Shown: in pieces, positions 11,936-25,050 of the stretch | Position numbering within the stretch: position 1 is the stretch's first letter | Layout: every line of letters begins with the position of its first letter | From: Negaprion brevirostris | Taxonomy: Eukaryota | NCBI GenBank assembly: GCA_030324005.1 | Contig: JARDVH010000132.1 | Coordinates: 88,835,350-88,899,349 of the forward strand | Reading direction: 5' to 3' | Length of the DNA: 64,000 nt | The notes under the pieces: generated by a model | Told to the model about the DNA's origin: nothing | Database searches by the model: none | What the model saw: the letters and a program-made list of their open reading frames with translations, nothing else | Made by a program: the position numbers and the translations under genes

Positions 11936-12944
11936 CTGAGGTAATGAGGGTAGAATCCTCAAAACGAGAAGTGAAGCCTTCACCATCCCACTCCCTGAAG
12001 ATGTAGCAAATTCAAGTAACAGTACAATCCTTGCAATAGCTCAGCAACAGACAACAGAAATCAATCAACTAACCTGAAAGTGTTTGATCCTTTGAATGGT
12101 GCTGGTGTGGGGTCTTTCCTGCTGTTGGTTGCATGTTGAGATTTGCAAGGTAACAAGACAGCATTAGCTGGAATGCTGAGGTTGAAAATGGCACTGCCAG
12201 AATCAAGTCAGCATTACACCTTGACTGATGTCTCATTCTGCCTGCCCTGTATATATTTAGGTGTACACTTAGTGCCTATGCTCTATACCCAAATAGAAAG
12301 TTACAGCCTGTGTCAGAAGTATATGCATGATGGATGGACACCATTTTGAACATACGAATACAGGTGCTACGTAACTAAAATTTACAACCCCAGATTGTGA
12401 CAGTGGAAAATTAGTGGGGGAATTCTCATCCTCTCATTCTATTCAGGGGCCTGAAAGGCAAGTGGAATTCACTTTGTGTTTTCTTCCATATTCATCAGAC
12501 AGCTAAACTGCACAGCTTTCTTCTCCTGAACTTTCAATGCAGAGTCTGTCACACTGAAATTAAACTTAACCTGAGAATGGGGTAGTTGAAATAAAGTTCA
12601 TAGTATCAGGTTCCTCTTTGTAAAACAGTCAGAAATGGTGTGTGTTAAATAATGGGACTGCTGACACGACAGAATTTGCCCATGTCAAAGAGTTACGTGT
12701 ATAGAATTGTTTGTTGGTTGTGACTGGCCTTTTAGTTGACTATCTGTGACCAGATAACCACACCAGATGGCACTGTGCCTGGCAACATCTTGTTTTGTTG
12801 CCTCTGGCACTACTGACTTCAAAAGGAATCCCTGGAAATGCGACCACTGAGGTGGATTTCCAGTATTGGAATGAAGAGCACTTTATAGGAACAGAAGAAC
12901 AGGGGTTGGCCATTCAACCTTTTGAGCTTGTTTCAAAATTCAGT

Positions 12945-13050
12945 TGGATCTGACGAAGGGTCATCCAGAGTTGAAACATTAGCTCTGTTCTCTCTCCAAG
13001 GATGCTGTCGGACCTGCTGAGATTTTCCAGCAGTTTCTGATTTTGCTTCA
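12945..13050 (+). mobile_element. Penelope-like element terminus with a hammerhead-like core
   Basis: CTGACGA-AGGGTC-ATCCA-GAGTT-GAAAC then GATGCTGTCGGACCTGCTGAGATTTTCCAGCA; same family as 57979-58123. Confidence 0.65.
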
Positions 13051-14184
13051 ATTGGATCGTACTTGCTTGGCAGCTTAACTATCTCTGTACATTGTGCATC
13101 CTTGAGATAGCTCACTGCAAATTAAAGGTGTCATGAACCATATAATTATTTTTCACAAGCTCAGAAATGATTAGTAAAGTTATGAAATGGATCTAGTTGT
13201 TGGCACAGCGACTTTGATTGTGTTTTATATCAGCTTAATGCTGTCATACTTCACAAGGGAGAATTTTTGTTAAACCCATGAGTGAGGCATGATACAAATT
13301 GCGAAAATTATAATAAATGCCGGAGAATGGTTGCAGATGTGTTTGTTGGTAATCAGTTGGCTATCTCAAGCACAATGCAGGATCCCATTATCCACTGGAT
13401 TTATCCGCATTTTCCGGGTTGTATCCATAGCAGTTCTCTTAGTCCAGCTGAACTAATGGTCCCCCATAATCTAATCATTTCAATGACCTGTTCCTTGATT
13501 TGAAGCAAGATGGTCTAAATGGTAACGATTTTAATTGCACACAAAGAAACCACAGTGTCCTTTGCATTTTGCCTGGTGGGAACTAAAGAGCACTGGATAT
13601 CATGCTCTGTAGGTTGGTATCTTAATGCTAATATGTGTAGTAGCTCCTTAGAAACCCCACAGAACATGTTGGGCTGTTGAGGATTATCACATTTAACGGT
13701 CTGAACATTATAGAAGATTGTAGTTGGAAAGGGAGGGAACATTGCTGGAAGTGAAAAATGTGTATCTGTTGCATGTATTTATTTGCCAGAACCATCAAAG
13801 CCAATTGTTTCTTTTATGTCTGACTAGAAGATCAAAGGTTCTGTATTATTTGGAAGGGAATGTTTAACTTGATTAACTGAGGCCATGCTGAGCGTGAAAT
13901 TGAGGGTATTCATTACTGTGGAGAATTAGGCACATAGAATGGAGTGAGTAGAGGGCAAATGATGTGCCAGAATTGCCCTTTGAGAATGAAAACTTAAGGG
14001 ACATGATAATCTGGGGAACTGACTGCTGTGACACCAATAAGAAAGATATGGAGCCAGTCATATTGAAATATCTCTATTATTTTTCTGTTGTTGCCTACCT
14101 TCTGGAATTGATCAGGGAGAATAGATGCTTAATCATTGTTTGCTCATGATGGTGATGGAGCTGAAACCCATTACTGTTTCAGCA

Positions 14185-14322
14185 GCTTAAATAACACACC
14201 TCTTTGACCATCTGCCCCACTAATATGGCTGGGTGTCATATTTTATGTGAGAACATTCTAACATTTATTGGGATCTTAAATGTTGTAGGAAGTGCTGTAT
14301 AAAATACAAATTGTGGTTGTTG
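14185..14322 (+). mobile_element. L2-type LINE 3' tail
   Basis: ACCTCTTTGACCA...GGCTGGGTGTCA...GTGCTGTATAAAATACAAATTGTGGTTGTTG. Confidence 0.55.
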
Positions 14323-15359
14323 TGATCACTGGTCATTGAATCTATCCACAAGGCTGATTAATCTAAACGTCTCTCTTTTGGAGATTTCGTAATTGTATTG
14401 TGGTCCATAAATTCTGTGGAAGTCAGTCTGCGATTAGACCTCACAGCTCTACTGAATAAAGTCAGCAAACAGAGTGATTAGCTCCTGAGAAGCAATGTCA
14501 CTGGCCTTTTGTTTGGAACTATTCTGCTCATAGGAGTACATTTTATCACATTTTGTGTTATTGCAGTTGAGCACATTATCACAATATTATCACTTTAAAC
14601 CTGTCCCATTTCCTTTCTCTGAATTGAATTACCCAAATGGGATCCAGTATCTGGTGCCACTAAATGTGAGAATTTCAAAAATGAAATACTCATTCATTGC
14701 TGTGAATTTGAAAGCTACAGCTGGAATATAAACTTCAAGTTGTCTTTTTAACTGAAGTGAATTGAAATAAATGTGTTTAATTCTGCTGCTGGTAATACAT
14801 GTCATTTTGAAAATTCTGCTTTCTCTGAGCTTAGAATTGATAGTGGTCACAGAGAATGTACATCAGAGATTTTTTGTATTGTTCATTCATAGTCTGTTCT
14901 ATGGTCATAAAAACAAAGATTTGGGCCTGAATTTTCAGGCACTCCAACAGACCTGAAAATTGAGGCTGAGCAGAAAAAGGCTCTTAAGTGGCCAATAAGT
15001 GTGTGCGCACAAATCTTACATTTTAAGAAAGCATCAATCTCTTGGTACTTTGTAGATGCCAGTTGTTTGGTGATTTTTGAGGAACAGATCAGTGAGAGCT
15101 TACCTGCAATTTACAGTGTGAAGTTAAATGCAGGAAAATGGGGTTCTTGTTGTTCTCCTGTCTATGTTTCACCTGACTAAAACAGATGTCGCAAAGCAGG
15201 GAAATGAAAACTGAATTACTCCTCATGCAATGCTGGCAGATGAAGAGCAGAAACTAGCAAGGAAGCAAATGAGAAAAGACTAGTGTCTAGGAAAGCCAAA
15301 AAGAATGAAACTCAGCAAAGAGAGAGAAGTATAAACAAAGGAGAAAGAGATACAGATGT

Positions 15360-15495
15360 ACTAACAGCACTTTGGGTGTAGCTGCATGGACTGCAGAGGT
15401 TCAAGAATGGAGTTCACTACCATCCTGTTAAGAGCAATTAGAGATGAGCAATAAATACTGGCCTAGTCAGTGATGTCCACATCCCATGATAAAAA
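15360..15495 (+). mobile_element. LINE 3' tail of the GCAATAAATGCTGGCC family
   Basis: GGACTGCAGAGGTTCAAGA...GCAATTAGAGATGAGCAATAAATACTGGCCTAGTCAGTGATGTCCACATCCCATGA; related copies at 27680, 45970 and 48620. Confidence 0.7.
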
Positions 15496-16357
15496 CACAA
15501 ATTTGAGGAGTAATGAGTGAAAGAAGGAAAGAGGGAAAACAAAAGTTGAAGAAAAGCAACAAAAAAAGTGAACAAGGTGAATAACTGAGATGGAAGCAAA
15601 GGAAGAGAATGAAAAACATCCAAAAATGAAGGAGGAATGAAAAGGGTTTTTTTTGGCCATTTTGTCACATTCAGTTGTGTCAGTGTGAGAAACTGCGAAA
15701 TGTTTGATTGAACAAATGCCCAAGAAAATGTTAAAACTGCTGCCTCAGGTAATTTTTGAGTGAGAATAACATGCAGCTTCAGTGAGGTGATGGGTGGGCC
15801 TCGAGCATGTGTGCCTGGACCTGTAGGCAGCTTTACAATGAGCAAAACAACATTATTGCAGGCGTGTTCTGATGACCTAATTCATTATGAATGCATTTGA
15901 ATTGATCTAGTTTTGCAGAAATCATTGTTTAAAATAGTACATTCCTGTGAGTTTGTTGAAGAGCCAAGGCACAAATCATATCTATGCTGTTGGAGGGATT
16001 TCTCCCTTGTAGCCAAACATTCATGTCTTACATATCAGTAAGTTAGCTGGAGAGTTGAATCATCAATCAGGAAATGTTTTGCCTTGGTAAGGATTTTAAC
16101 AGGTCACATATTTTCATTCGTTTTACTGGGAGTTTTCTCCACAATACCACCTAAAACTGGAAAACGTAGCAGCAGTGTTGCCTGGAAAATGGAACAGGAA
16201 GATATTGAAATGCTTACATCTGGTCACTCACCTTGTCTTTCACCCACTGCACTCCCCTGTGCAGCCACTCTGCGTGTCTAATATTCACTGTTGGATAAGC
16301 CACAACAACTTCTGGTCAATCATTTGGAAGACCATCTTTGGGCCACAAGTTATTTTT

Positions 16358-16676
16358 TATAGAATCCCCACAGTGCAGAAGGAGGCCATTTGGTCCATCG
16401 AACCTGCATTGACATCAATCCCACACAGGCCGTCTTCCTGTGAACCTTACATACTTGCCCTGTTGGTCCCCCTGACACTAAGGGACAATTTAGCATTGCC
16501 AATCCCCCTAACCTGCACATCTTTGGATTGTGGGAGGAAACCAGAGCAACTGGAGGAAGCCTATGCAAACATAGGAGAATGTGCAAACTCCACTCAGTCA
16601 TCCAAGGCCAGAACCGAACACGGGGCCCTGGCACTGTAAGGTAGCAGTGCAAACCATTGTGCCACTATGCTGCCCC
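16358..16676 (-). mobile_element. HE1-type V-SINE, full length
   Basis: Tail, body and head on the minus strand. Confidence 0.9.
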
Positions 16677-16739
16677 AATTCAAGAGTTCTGAATCCTCAT
16701 CACCAATTCCATCCCATTCTCCAGCCATTCAAGTCTTTA

Positions 16740-17345
16740 GCAGGAGAAATCAAATATCGAAGTAGGGGAAGAGCTGCTACAGATGCACAGGCCTTAGTGA
16801 GACTGCACAGTTTTGGTTTCCTTATTTAAGAAAGGATATAATTCCATCATAAGCAATCCGGAGGAGGATTATTCAACTGATTCCTGGGATGAAAGGGGCT
16901 AGGTTATGAGGAAAGGTTGAGCAGATCGGGCTTATACATATGAGCTCAGGAAAGTTAGGAGGGAAGCTTCCTGAAACATATAAGCTCCTGAGGGAACTTG
17001 ACAGGGTGGATCTCGAGAGGATGTTTCTCCTTGTGGTAGAGTCGAGAACCAGGGGACCTGGTTCAAAAATTAGGGGTCTCCTATTTAAGACTGAGATGAG
17101 ATGAAAGTTTTTCTCAGAGGGCCATTAGTCAGTGGAATTCTCTTAGCCAAGGAGCAATGGAGTCTGAAACATTGAATATATTCAAGGCTGAGTTAGATAG
17201 ACTTTTCATTCTAAGCAAGTTAAGAATTATGAGGAAATTGACAGGCAGAAAAATGGAGTTGAGACCACAATCAGATCAGCTGTGATCTTAATGAATGGCA
17301 GAGTAGGCTTGAGGGGCCAAAAAGCCTACCCCTGCTCTAAATTCT
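16740..17345 (+). mobile_element. CR1 LINE 3' ~600 bp
   Basis: Decayed ORF2 end (TATGAGGAAAGGTTGAGCAG...GAAACATATAAG...CTTGACAGGGTGGAT) plus 3' UTR and tail. Confidence 0.85.
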
Positions 17346-17399
17346 TGGTTTTGTGTGTCTGAAATTTCAGCATCTTATTTGATTTGGGGTTGAGGTTCC

Positions 17400-17890
17400 T
17401 TCACCATAAAGACCAACCACTGACTTTCACCCATGTAACATCATCAGCCTCTGTCCTTACCTCAACTCATCTGCTGAAACCCTCCTACCCGGTGACCAAT
17501 ATTTCTAATGTCCTTCTGGGCAGCCTCCCATCCTTATCCTCCAGCAGCTCCAGCTACTCCATCATTCCTGTCCTTACTGACTGATATTTGCTTGCTGAGC
17601 CTCTATGCCTCTGATTTAAAATTCTCCCCCCCTTGTGGCCATAACCCTCTGTTTCTTGGCGTAACCTCTTCTAGCTGTATAAACCCACTTGCACCCCCCT
17701 CCCCATCAAAATATACTTATCATCCAACTCTGACCTTCAGTGTCTCACCTTCCCTCTGCCCCAACCTCTCACCCTCTCCTTCCTAAACCCTGCTTCCTGT
17801 CTCCCATTCCCTCTCTGTCGCCAAGCCCCCCTTTAAAGTTTAACCCTTGACCAAGCTCTATCGGGTCACTCAGTTCAGCATTTACTTCCT
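17400..17890 (+). mobile_element. L2-type LINE 3' region, decayed
   Basis: CTCATCTGCTGAAACCCTC...CCTGTCCTTACTGACT...TGATTTAAAATTCTC...TTGACCAAGCT. Confidence 0.65.
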
Positions 17891-18697
17891 TGTCTCAACA
17901 TTGTTGATNNNNNNNNNNNNNNNNNNNNNNNNNNNNNNNNNNNNNNNNNNNNNNNNNNNNNNNNNNNNNNNNNNNNNNNNNNNNNNNNNNNNNNNNNNNN
18001 NNNNNNNNNNNNNNNNNNNNNNNNNNNNNNNNNNNNNNNNNNNNNNNNNNNNNNNNNNNNNNNNNNNNNNNNNNNNNNNNNNNNNNNNNNNNNNNNNNNN
18101 NNNNNNNNNNNNNNNNNNNNNNNNNNNNNNNNNNNNNNNNNNNNNNNNNNNNNNNNNNNNNNNNNNNNNNNNNNNNNNNNNNNNNNNNNNNNNNNNNNNN
18201 NNNNNNNNNNNNNNNNNNNNNNNNNNNNNNNNNNNNNNNNNNNNNNNNNNNNNNNNNNNNNNNNNNNNNNNNNNNNNNNNNNNNNNNNNNNNNNNNNNNN
18301 NNNNNNNNNNNNNNNNNNNNNNNNNNNNNNNNNNNNNNNNNNNNNNNNNNNNNNNNNNNNNNNNNNNNNNNNNNNNNNNNNNNNNNNNNNNNNNNNNNNN
18401 NNNNNNNNNNNNNNNNNNNNNNNNNNNNNNNNNNNNNNNNNNNNNNNNNNNNNNNNNNNNNNNNNNNNNNNNNNNNNNNNNNNNNNNNNNNNNNNNNNNN
18501 NNNNNNNNNNNNNNNNNNNNNNNNNNNNNNNNNNNNNNNNNNNNNNNNNNNNNNNNNNNNNNNNNNNNNNNNNNNNNNNNNNNNNNNNNNNNNNNNNNNN
18601 NNNNNNNNNNNNNNNNNNNNNNNNNNNNNNNNNNNNNNNNNNNNNNNNNNNNNNNNNNNNNNNNNNNNNNNNNNNNNNNNNNNNNNNNNNNNNNNNC

Positions 18698-18845
18698 ACG
18701 CCCAGATCTCTGTGTGTCTATGCTCCTGATGATTCTGCTCTTTATTTTATAGCCCCCACCTGAATTGGATCTACCAAAATGGGTCACCCTGCATTCGTCC
18801 GGATTAAATTCCATCTGCCATTTTTCTGCTCAATTTTCCAGCCTA
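18698..18845 (-). mobile_element. CR1 ORF2 fragment abutting a gap
   Basis: Translates MEFNPDECRVTHFGRSN...YKIKSRIIRSIDTQR. Confidence 0.85.
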
Positions 18846-19486
18846 AGTACACCCTGCTCTTTTTGTCCTGCAACTTTTTATATTTTATTAAACAGTCAAA
18901 TTATTTTTGTGCACAGGAAGGTTCCACATCTAAAATTAAACAATGTCAATATCCGGATACCATCAACTCTGTTGAAAATTTGCAGTACAATTCTGAGACA
19001 ATTTTGGTGATATATTTAAGAATGGACTTGATGTGGGCGGGAAGTGATTCAGTCCACTATGATTCTGAAGCAGAATCCAAAGGGAAGTGACTTTGACCCC
19101 TGGAATTCGACAGTCATGGGCTTGTCTTGATTCAGTTACCGTAGAACCCCTACTGTGCAGGAGTTGCCGTTGTCCTGCTTTTACTTGTTGTCCCATTATC
19201 AACATGAGGCTTGGTTCAGTCTGATTTAAAATCATTCTAGTCTTCTCAATCCAAAGTTGCCACCTGCATGGTTCTCACTTATGCAGCTATTGAAACAGCT
19301 CTGAAGCTGCTAAAAACTACTCAACATGTAAACCAGGCATTTTTGTTCATTCCCAAAGTAACATGCCCTGTTTCATGCTTAAAAAAAAGTTATCTAACTC
19401 AATCATCGTCCTTTATGGCAGACGTCTGTAGCTGGTCATTTTAATTAAATAAATAGAATTTAGTTTTCTCCAAATTCCCAACTTGT

Positions 19487-20248
19487 GGCCAGGATTTTCT
19501 GAGCCCATTCGATGCACACGCAAATCTTATTGCCGCCTCTAACTCTTGTGAGAGGATCGTAATGGGACTTGCACCAGGTTCAAATCCAGCAAGGATGTGA
19601 ATCTGATTTCCATTTACTTAAATATGCAGAAACGGCTTTACACCGTGGCTTCTGGGTTCCCCGTATGTTCCCGGCTGTGGTATCATGCTGGCAGGAATCA
19701 TTATTGGTTTTCAAGAACAGAAACTAATCATGGTGACCGTGGCGGGAAGGTGAGTACAGCCCCCACCCACCCCCCACCCCCCTCCCCAAGTGATGGAGGA
19801 AATGACTGGTACTGCCATGGTGCCACAGACGATGTGGTTGGCACTGCCAAGTTGTCAGGGCAGGTACTCTGGGGAACCCCACTGGGGGCTTTCCATTGTG
19901 TGCGATGGGGCTGCTGATGGTCATGAGAGTGGGTGGACTGCCCACATTGTGGCAGGGGACTGGGGTGTAGGATACCTGCATGGGGGTGGGGTGGTGGGGG
20001 CAGTGGGGCGGGGTGGTGGGGGCAGTCGGTCCTCTGATGCTGGTGATGAGGGGGAGGGGGTTCTTTAACTTCATTTAAGATTGGAGTGCCCTGTCGATCT
20101 CTTGGATTTGGCTTTTCCGGTCTGAGGCCTTGCTCTCAGGAATGAAGCGCAAAACATGTTTTTTTTGATGAAGTGTCAGAAGATCTAGAGAGAAAACCTG
20201 CCTGCTTCTCTGGGGGAAAGCTGACACTTAATTTGAAAAATTCTGCCC
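19487..20248. mobile_element. Non-autonomous Harbinger-type element
   Basis: TIRs GGCCAGGATTTTCT / GAAAAATTCTGCCC, flanks TGT/TAT (3-bp TSD with one transition). Confidence 0.65.
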
Positions 20249-20656
20249 TATGTGTTGGCCTCTCAGGTTGATGGTGAAGAATTCCTCTGATATTTACCGC
20301 AGTGAAAGTCATGGGTCAAATTTTCCCCCGATGTTCCAGTCCATGGAAGCCAGTTCTCTGAACACAATTCTGTAAAGTTGTATCGTATTTACTAGAAAAT
20401 GGCAAACTTCATAGAGGCTTTCTTAACAGTAGTGAAATTGAATTTTAAATCCTTTTAATACTGCAACCTTCAAATTTGGGCCTAGTAATTGCACATAGAG
20501 CTGTTGGACAGTTTTTTCAGTTTTGTGATGTGTTCATTTTTGGTTCAACAATGCCATTCCATAACGTTTTAAATTAGTGGATGAAATTCAATACAAATTC
20601 AAGCATTTACAGTAATCAACATTCATAACAAACATTTACACAGATCTTTAGAATAT

Positions 20657-20977
20657 GGGCAGCACGGTGGCACAATGGTTAGCACTGCAGCCTCACAGTG
20701 CCAAGGACCAAGGTTCAATCCCAGCCTCAGATCACTGTGTGTGGAGTTTGAATATTTTTCCATGTCTGTGTGGGTTTCATCTGGGTGCTCCAGTTTACTC
20801 CCACATTCTAAAGACATGCGGCTTAGCTTGATTGGCTATGCTAAATTGACCAATAGTGTCAGGGGGATAAGCAGGGTAAATACGTGGGATTATGGGGATA
20901 GGGCCTGGGTGAGGCTGTTGTCGGTGTAGACCTTGATGGGTCGAATGGCCATCTTCTGCACTGCAGGGGTTCTATGA
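20657..20977 (+). mobile_element. HE1-type V-SINE, full length
   Basis: GGGCAGCACGGTGGCACAATGGTTAGC...GGTTCAATCCC...TTCTATGA. Confidence 0.92.
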
Positions 20978-21023
20978 AACTCGTTATGCAAATATGTCAG
21001 TACTAATCACAAGCATGGACTGG

Positions 21024-21312
21024 TTTTAGTTTACTTAAGTGTCACAAGTAGATTTACATTAACAGTGCAATGAAGTCACTATGAAAATCCCCTAGTCACC
21101 ACAGTCTGGTGCCTATTCAGGTACACTAAGGGAGAATTTTGCATGGCGAATGCACCCCACCAGCATGTCTTGGACTGTGGGGAGAAACTGGAGCACCTGG
21201 ATGAAACGCAGACACAAAGAACGTGCAGAGTCCACACAGACAGTGACCCAAGGCCGGAATTGAATCTGGGTCCTTGGTGCCGTGAGGCAGCAGTGTTAAC
21301 CACTGTGCCACC
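21024..21312 (-). mobile_element. V-SINE with an alternative 3' tail
   Basis: HE1 head and body, but the tail reads GACTAGGGGATTTTCATAGTGACTTCATTGCACTGTTAATGTAAATCTACTTGTGAC. Confidence 0.88.
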
Positions 21313-21914
21313 AATTTAAGAGTCAAGTTGAACTCTCTCAGGTTAACTTGCATGTTTGCTAACATGCATATCCTCATTTTTGGTATTTTTCAGCAGTAGA
21401 CGTAGTCTTGCACTGTTAACTACAATCTCATATCACACAAATACAATTCTAAAGGCATAGTTTGACTGGCAGAGGTGGGGGATAATTTACAAATCATTTT
21501 AGTGATTGTATTACAGACTAGGGCATTCTAGAATACTCTCTGAGCCATTAAGTGTTTCATCTCCTGAAGGTTAAAGTATCTTAGTGTGCTTTATATTGTT
21601 TGCGAATCCTTTTGCTATCGATTTTATCAGTGTGATGCTACTGTGCTTCCTATGTAACTAGTATTTGTGATTCTTCAGCTTATCTTTCTTAAATACTGTA
21701 TTTCTCATTTGTTGCAAGGTATTAGACCATTGGCAGTTATTGTGACTTTTTTGTTTCCAACCGCACAGTTCCTTAGTTCCTCACAGCGTTTGAAATTCTT
21801 TTGTTTACTTGTACATCCTTTAAAAATAAATTTGGCCGTGCTTTACGCAATGAAGATACAAAATGCGTTCACAACCTCCGGCCTTTTGTCTCCATTGTGC
21901 ATCCTGTTGACCGT

Positions 21915-21972
21915 TCAGTGGCCTGGTGTGCGGATCACAATCAGGTTGTTCACCCACGCCTGGTTCAATGCA
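21915..21972 (-). CDS. Candidate terminal exon (ALNQAWVNNLIVIRTPGH*)
   Basis: TTCCCTTGTAAAG acceptor, CpG-rich unique sequence, phase compatible with 25670-25780; an alternative frame is open to 21820. Confidence 0.35.
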
Positions 21973-23094
21973 CTTTACAAGGGAATTGCAGAAGTATAAA
22001 AGGAGGATATACTTGTACCACTGAAACTGTGCCAAAGTAATGCAGCTTCCTGTCCTTCTTTCATTGAAAAGATGATTACGAAAATACCTGGATATTACAA
22101 ATCTTGATTTGCTTGCTGAGCAATTGTTAGACACTGATTAAGCAGTTGGTAGGGACTAAGTTTGATTTTGTTCAGTGCTATAAAATGGATGATACTGAGC
22201 AGTCATCCTGTTTTACATCTCTTCTGATTTTCACTTTCACTTGACTTGAATGAAGCTAAAAATTCAGAGTTGTTAAACAGGGTGACTGTTCAGTATCACT
22301 GGTTTTATGTTAATCTATAAAATCAAATTTCACCTCCCTTCCCCCATATTTTGTTTATTTTATATTTAAGATCTCTCACTTTCATGTACACTTTCAGCTG
22401 AACAGAATGGTGCAGGTTTAACTGCCCATATTGGCACAAGCTGATGTAGAAGAGAAACTCAGGGCCGCTTGATGGAGAATGTCGAAAGGGAGAGAAGGTG
22501 CCAAATGTGAGGTAGAAGTAATAACTAAGACTGAAACCACATCCTTCAATTACCTTATTCAGTAGCCGATTGACAACAAATGTAACAGTAACCAGGACAG
22601 GAAAGCAATCACAGCTTGCCTACTTCAAACCTCATGCTTCCAGGTACAATAGCCCTCCATGACTCTTGGAACATTATAACTGGGGACTGACTGAATAATT
22701 TATATCTGTTATGGGAAGGAAATAATCGTACACATCTCAGAAAGCCAAGATGTCATTTCCTTAATTTAGTGNNNNNNNNNNAGATGCTCCCTTCTCCCAA
22801 CAAACCTTTGCATTTTGTTGATATGCTGATAAAGGCGGATTGGGTGGGTGCGGATTATCGCTTTATTTTGTAATCGGTTTTGGGAGATGGGTATGATGAG
22901 GCTGATTTGATAAAAACGGTAAAATGTTTAGACCCTGAAAAAGACACAGGACTGTAGTGGTGAAACATGAAGACGTAATCAACAAAAAAAGAAGGAATAT
23001 GACCCTGATCCAATTAGAAGTTCCTAAATATTTTAATTGTAACACTGGCTCCAAATGACCTACTTAGTAACGGCACAATATGTTGTAGCACAGA

Positions 23095-23290
23095 GCAATG
23101 AAGTCCCAGCTCTGAGGCACGATTGGTGCTGAGTTCAGGATGTCAGTCAAGTTGCAATATCTCGGTTGTGGGTGAAGACATGATGAGGCTTAGTTCTGAT
23201 GGCCCACAGCAATCAGTCATAATGTTCACTCTCTAGTCTCACACAGGAAAAATGTCCACTTGTATGGGACAACTTCTGGCACCACTTCCT
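23095..23290 (+). mobile_element. Old SINE-like repeat remnant
   Basis: GTGCTGAGTT...GGGTGAAGACATGATGAGGCTTAGTTCTGATG...CACTCTCTAGTCTCACACA...TGTCCACTT resembles a recalled shark repeat. Confidence 0.4.
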
Positions 23291-23904
23291 AAATGATTGA
23301 AGATGATATAAGGACACTTTTAAAAGGAATTAAATGGCAATATCATACTCATTTAACATTGTGCTACATCAGCACAACCCTTTCTCTCAATAACCTTAAT
23401 ATTGACTCTTCAGGTTTCAAATTACATAATGATGCAGGAGAGGGGAATGATGCACAGTTTATGTGCTGTGGATTGGTACAGGTATAGGAATGAAGAAATA
23501 GAGAAAAATGTTTCAAAGGACATGGTTCTAAAAAGCAATCTTCACACAGAACGGGCAGAGATTGACCGATATCATTTGGCACAAAAGACTTTTCAGCAGA
23601 GGGAAAGAAAGCGAGAAGGATTTTATCTCAGCAGTTTAAATTGAAGTAGAAAAATAATGATTAACACTCTAACACCCATTAAGCCATTTAATATTTACCT
23701 ACTGAAGCAGGAGGATTTACATAATTTGCAACAAAAAATTCATGTAATTTTAAAAATACATCATGGATAAAGATCGTCCTCCTTTTCAACATCAGAAAGT
23801 CTATTCTGATCCAGTGATTCAGATAAATCAATTTATTCTGTGACATCTCAAGTTTCACATCATTCAAGTGTCATGCAGTGACCACCTCCAGCCATCTAAC
23901 AAGC

Positions 23905-24320
23905 TCCACATGACACTGAATTGCATCACCATTCAGTAATCCCCACCATCAACATCCTGGTGATCACCATTGTCCAGACAATTAACTAGACCAGCCACCC
24001 AAGTTCTGTGGCTACAGTAGCAGGTCAGGGAAGATATTCTGTGTGGTTCACCCTCTATCCCTCCATCACCTACAAGTTACTAGTCAGGAGTGTAACAGAG
24101 TAATATTGATTTGCCTGGATGAGTGCAATGTCAACAATAAGCTTGTTACCAACCGAGACAAAGCAGCTGGCATCCCATCCATCAATTTATACACTTACTT
24201 ACTCCCAACACCTGCAGCTATAGCTGCAGTCTGTGTCATCCATTAGGTACACTGCAGCAACTTGCCAAGGCATCATTGGCAGAATCTCCCAAATCTGTAA
24301 CCTTTACCATCTCAAAGGAT
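23905..24320 (+). mobile_element. LINE ORF2 3' fragment (GCAATAAATGCTGGCC family)
   Basis: ATCCCCACCATCAACATCCTGG...TGTGGCTACAGTAGCAGGTCAG...GTCAGGAGTGT...GCCTGGATGAGTGC...CACTGCAGCAACT. Confidence 0.7.
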
Positions 24321-24714
24321 AAATTAATCAAGTGGACAGAATTTAAAGGGGAACTCAGGAGCAAAGTGTGGGAGGGGGAGAGTGTGGTAAGGAGGAGTGC
24401 AGTGGGTGGGGGAGTGTGTGTGTGTAAGGGGGGGGATGGTATGAACAGCAGAGAATTGAGAAGGNNNNNNNNNNNNNNNNNNNNNNNNNNNNNNNNNNNN
24501 NNNNNNNNNNNNNNNNNNNNNNNNNNNNNNNNNNNNNNNNNNNNNNNNNNNNNNNNNNNNNNNNTGTTATTGCCCAAAAAATTCAAGGCTCACCTTTCCT
24601 GGAGTGTTACACTGACCCTGAGATAAACTCCTAATGACAAAGCTAAGGTACCTACTTGCACCAACATAATATTGCATAACTCCACCCCACCACAATTTAT
24701 CAGCTATTAAAACT

Positions 24715-25050
24715 TTCCTCTATTCCTTCATTATCTGCTTCTCTGTATGCACTATCTGTTCTCCCCACCCTCTTATCTGTCACTTCTCTTGACCTTATCC
24801 TGTCCTGCATTTCTCAATTTTGTCTTTACTTCTCGGTTTCTATTCTTCTCATCCAATGCTTCTTCAGTATTCACTTACTTCGCTTACTCTCTGATGTGTT
24901 TTTTTTTTCTCTCTACTTTATTTTCCTATTCATTTCACCTTTTCTCACTTATCTGATTTACCTCTCTCTTCTGCTTGTTTCTACAAATGCAAGCTATTTT
25001 TCCTTTGCCTTCACCACTCATTGTCTTTTTTGCCCTTTGCTGTTTGTACT
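24715..25050. repeat. Low-complexity pyrimidine-rich tract
   Basis: About 330 nt dominated by C/T. Confidence 0.8.
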
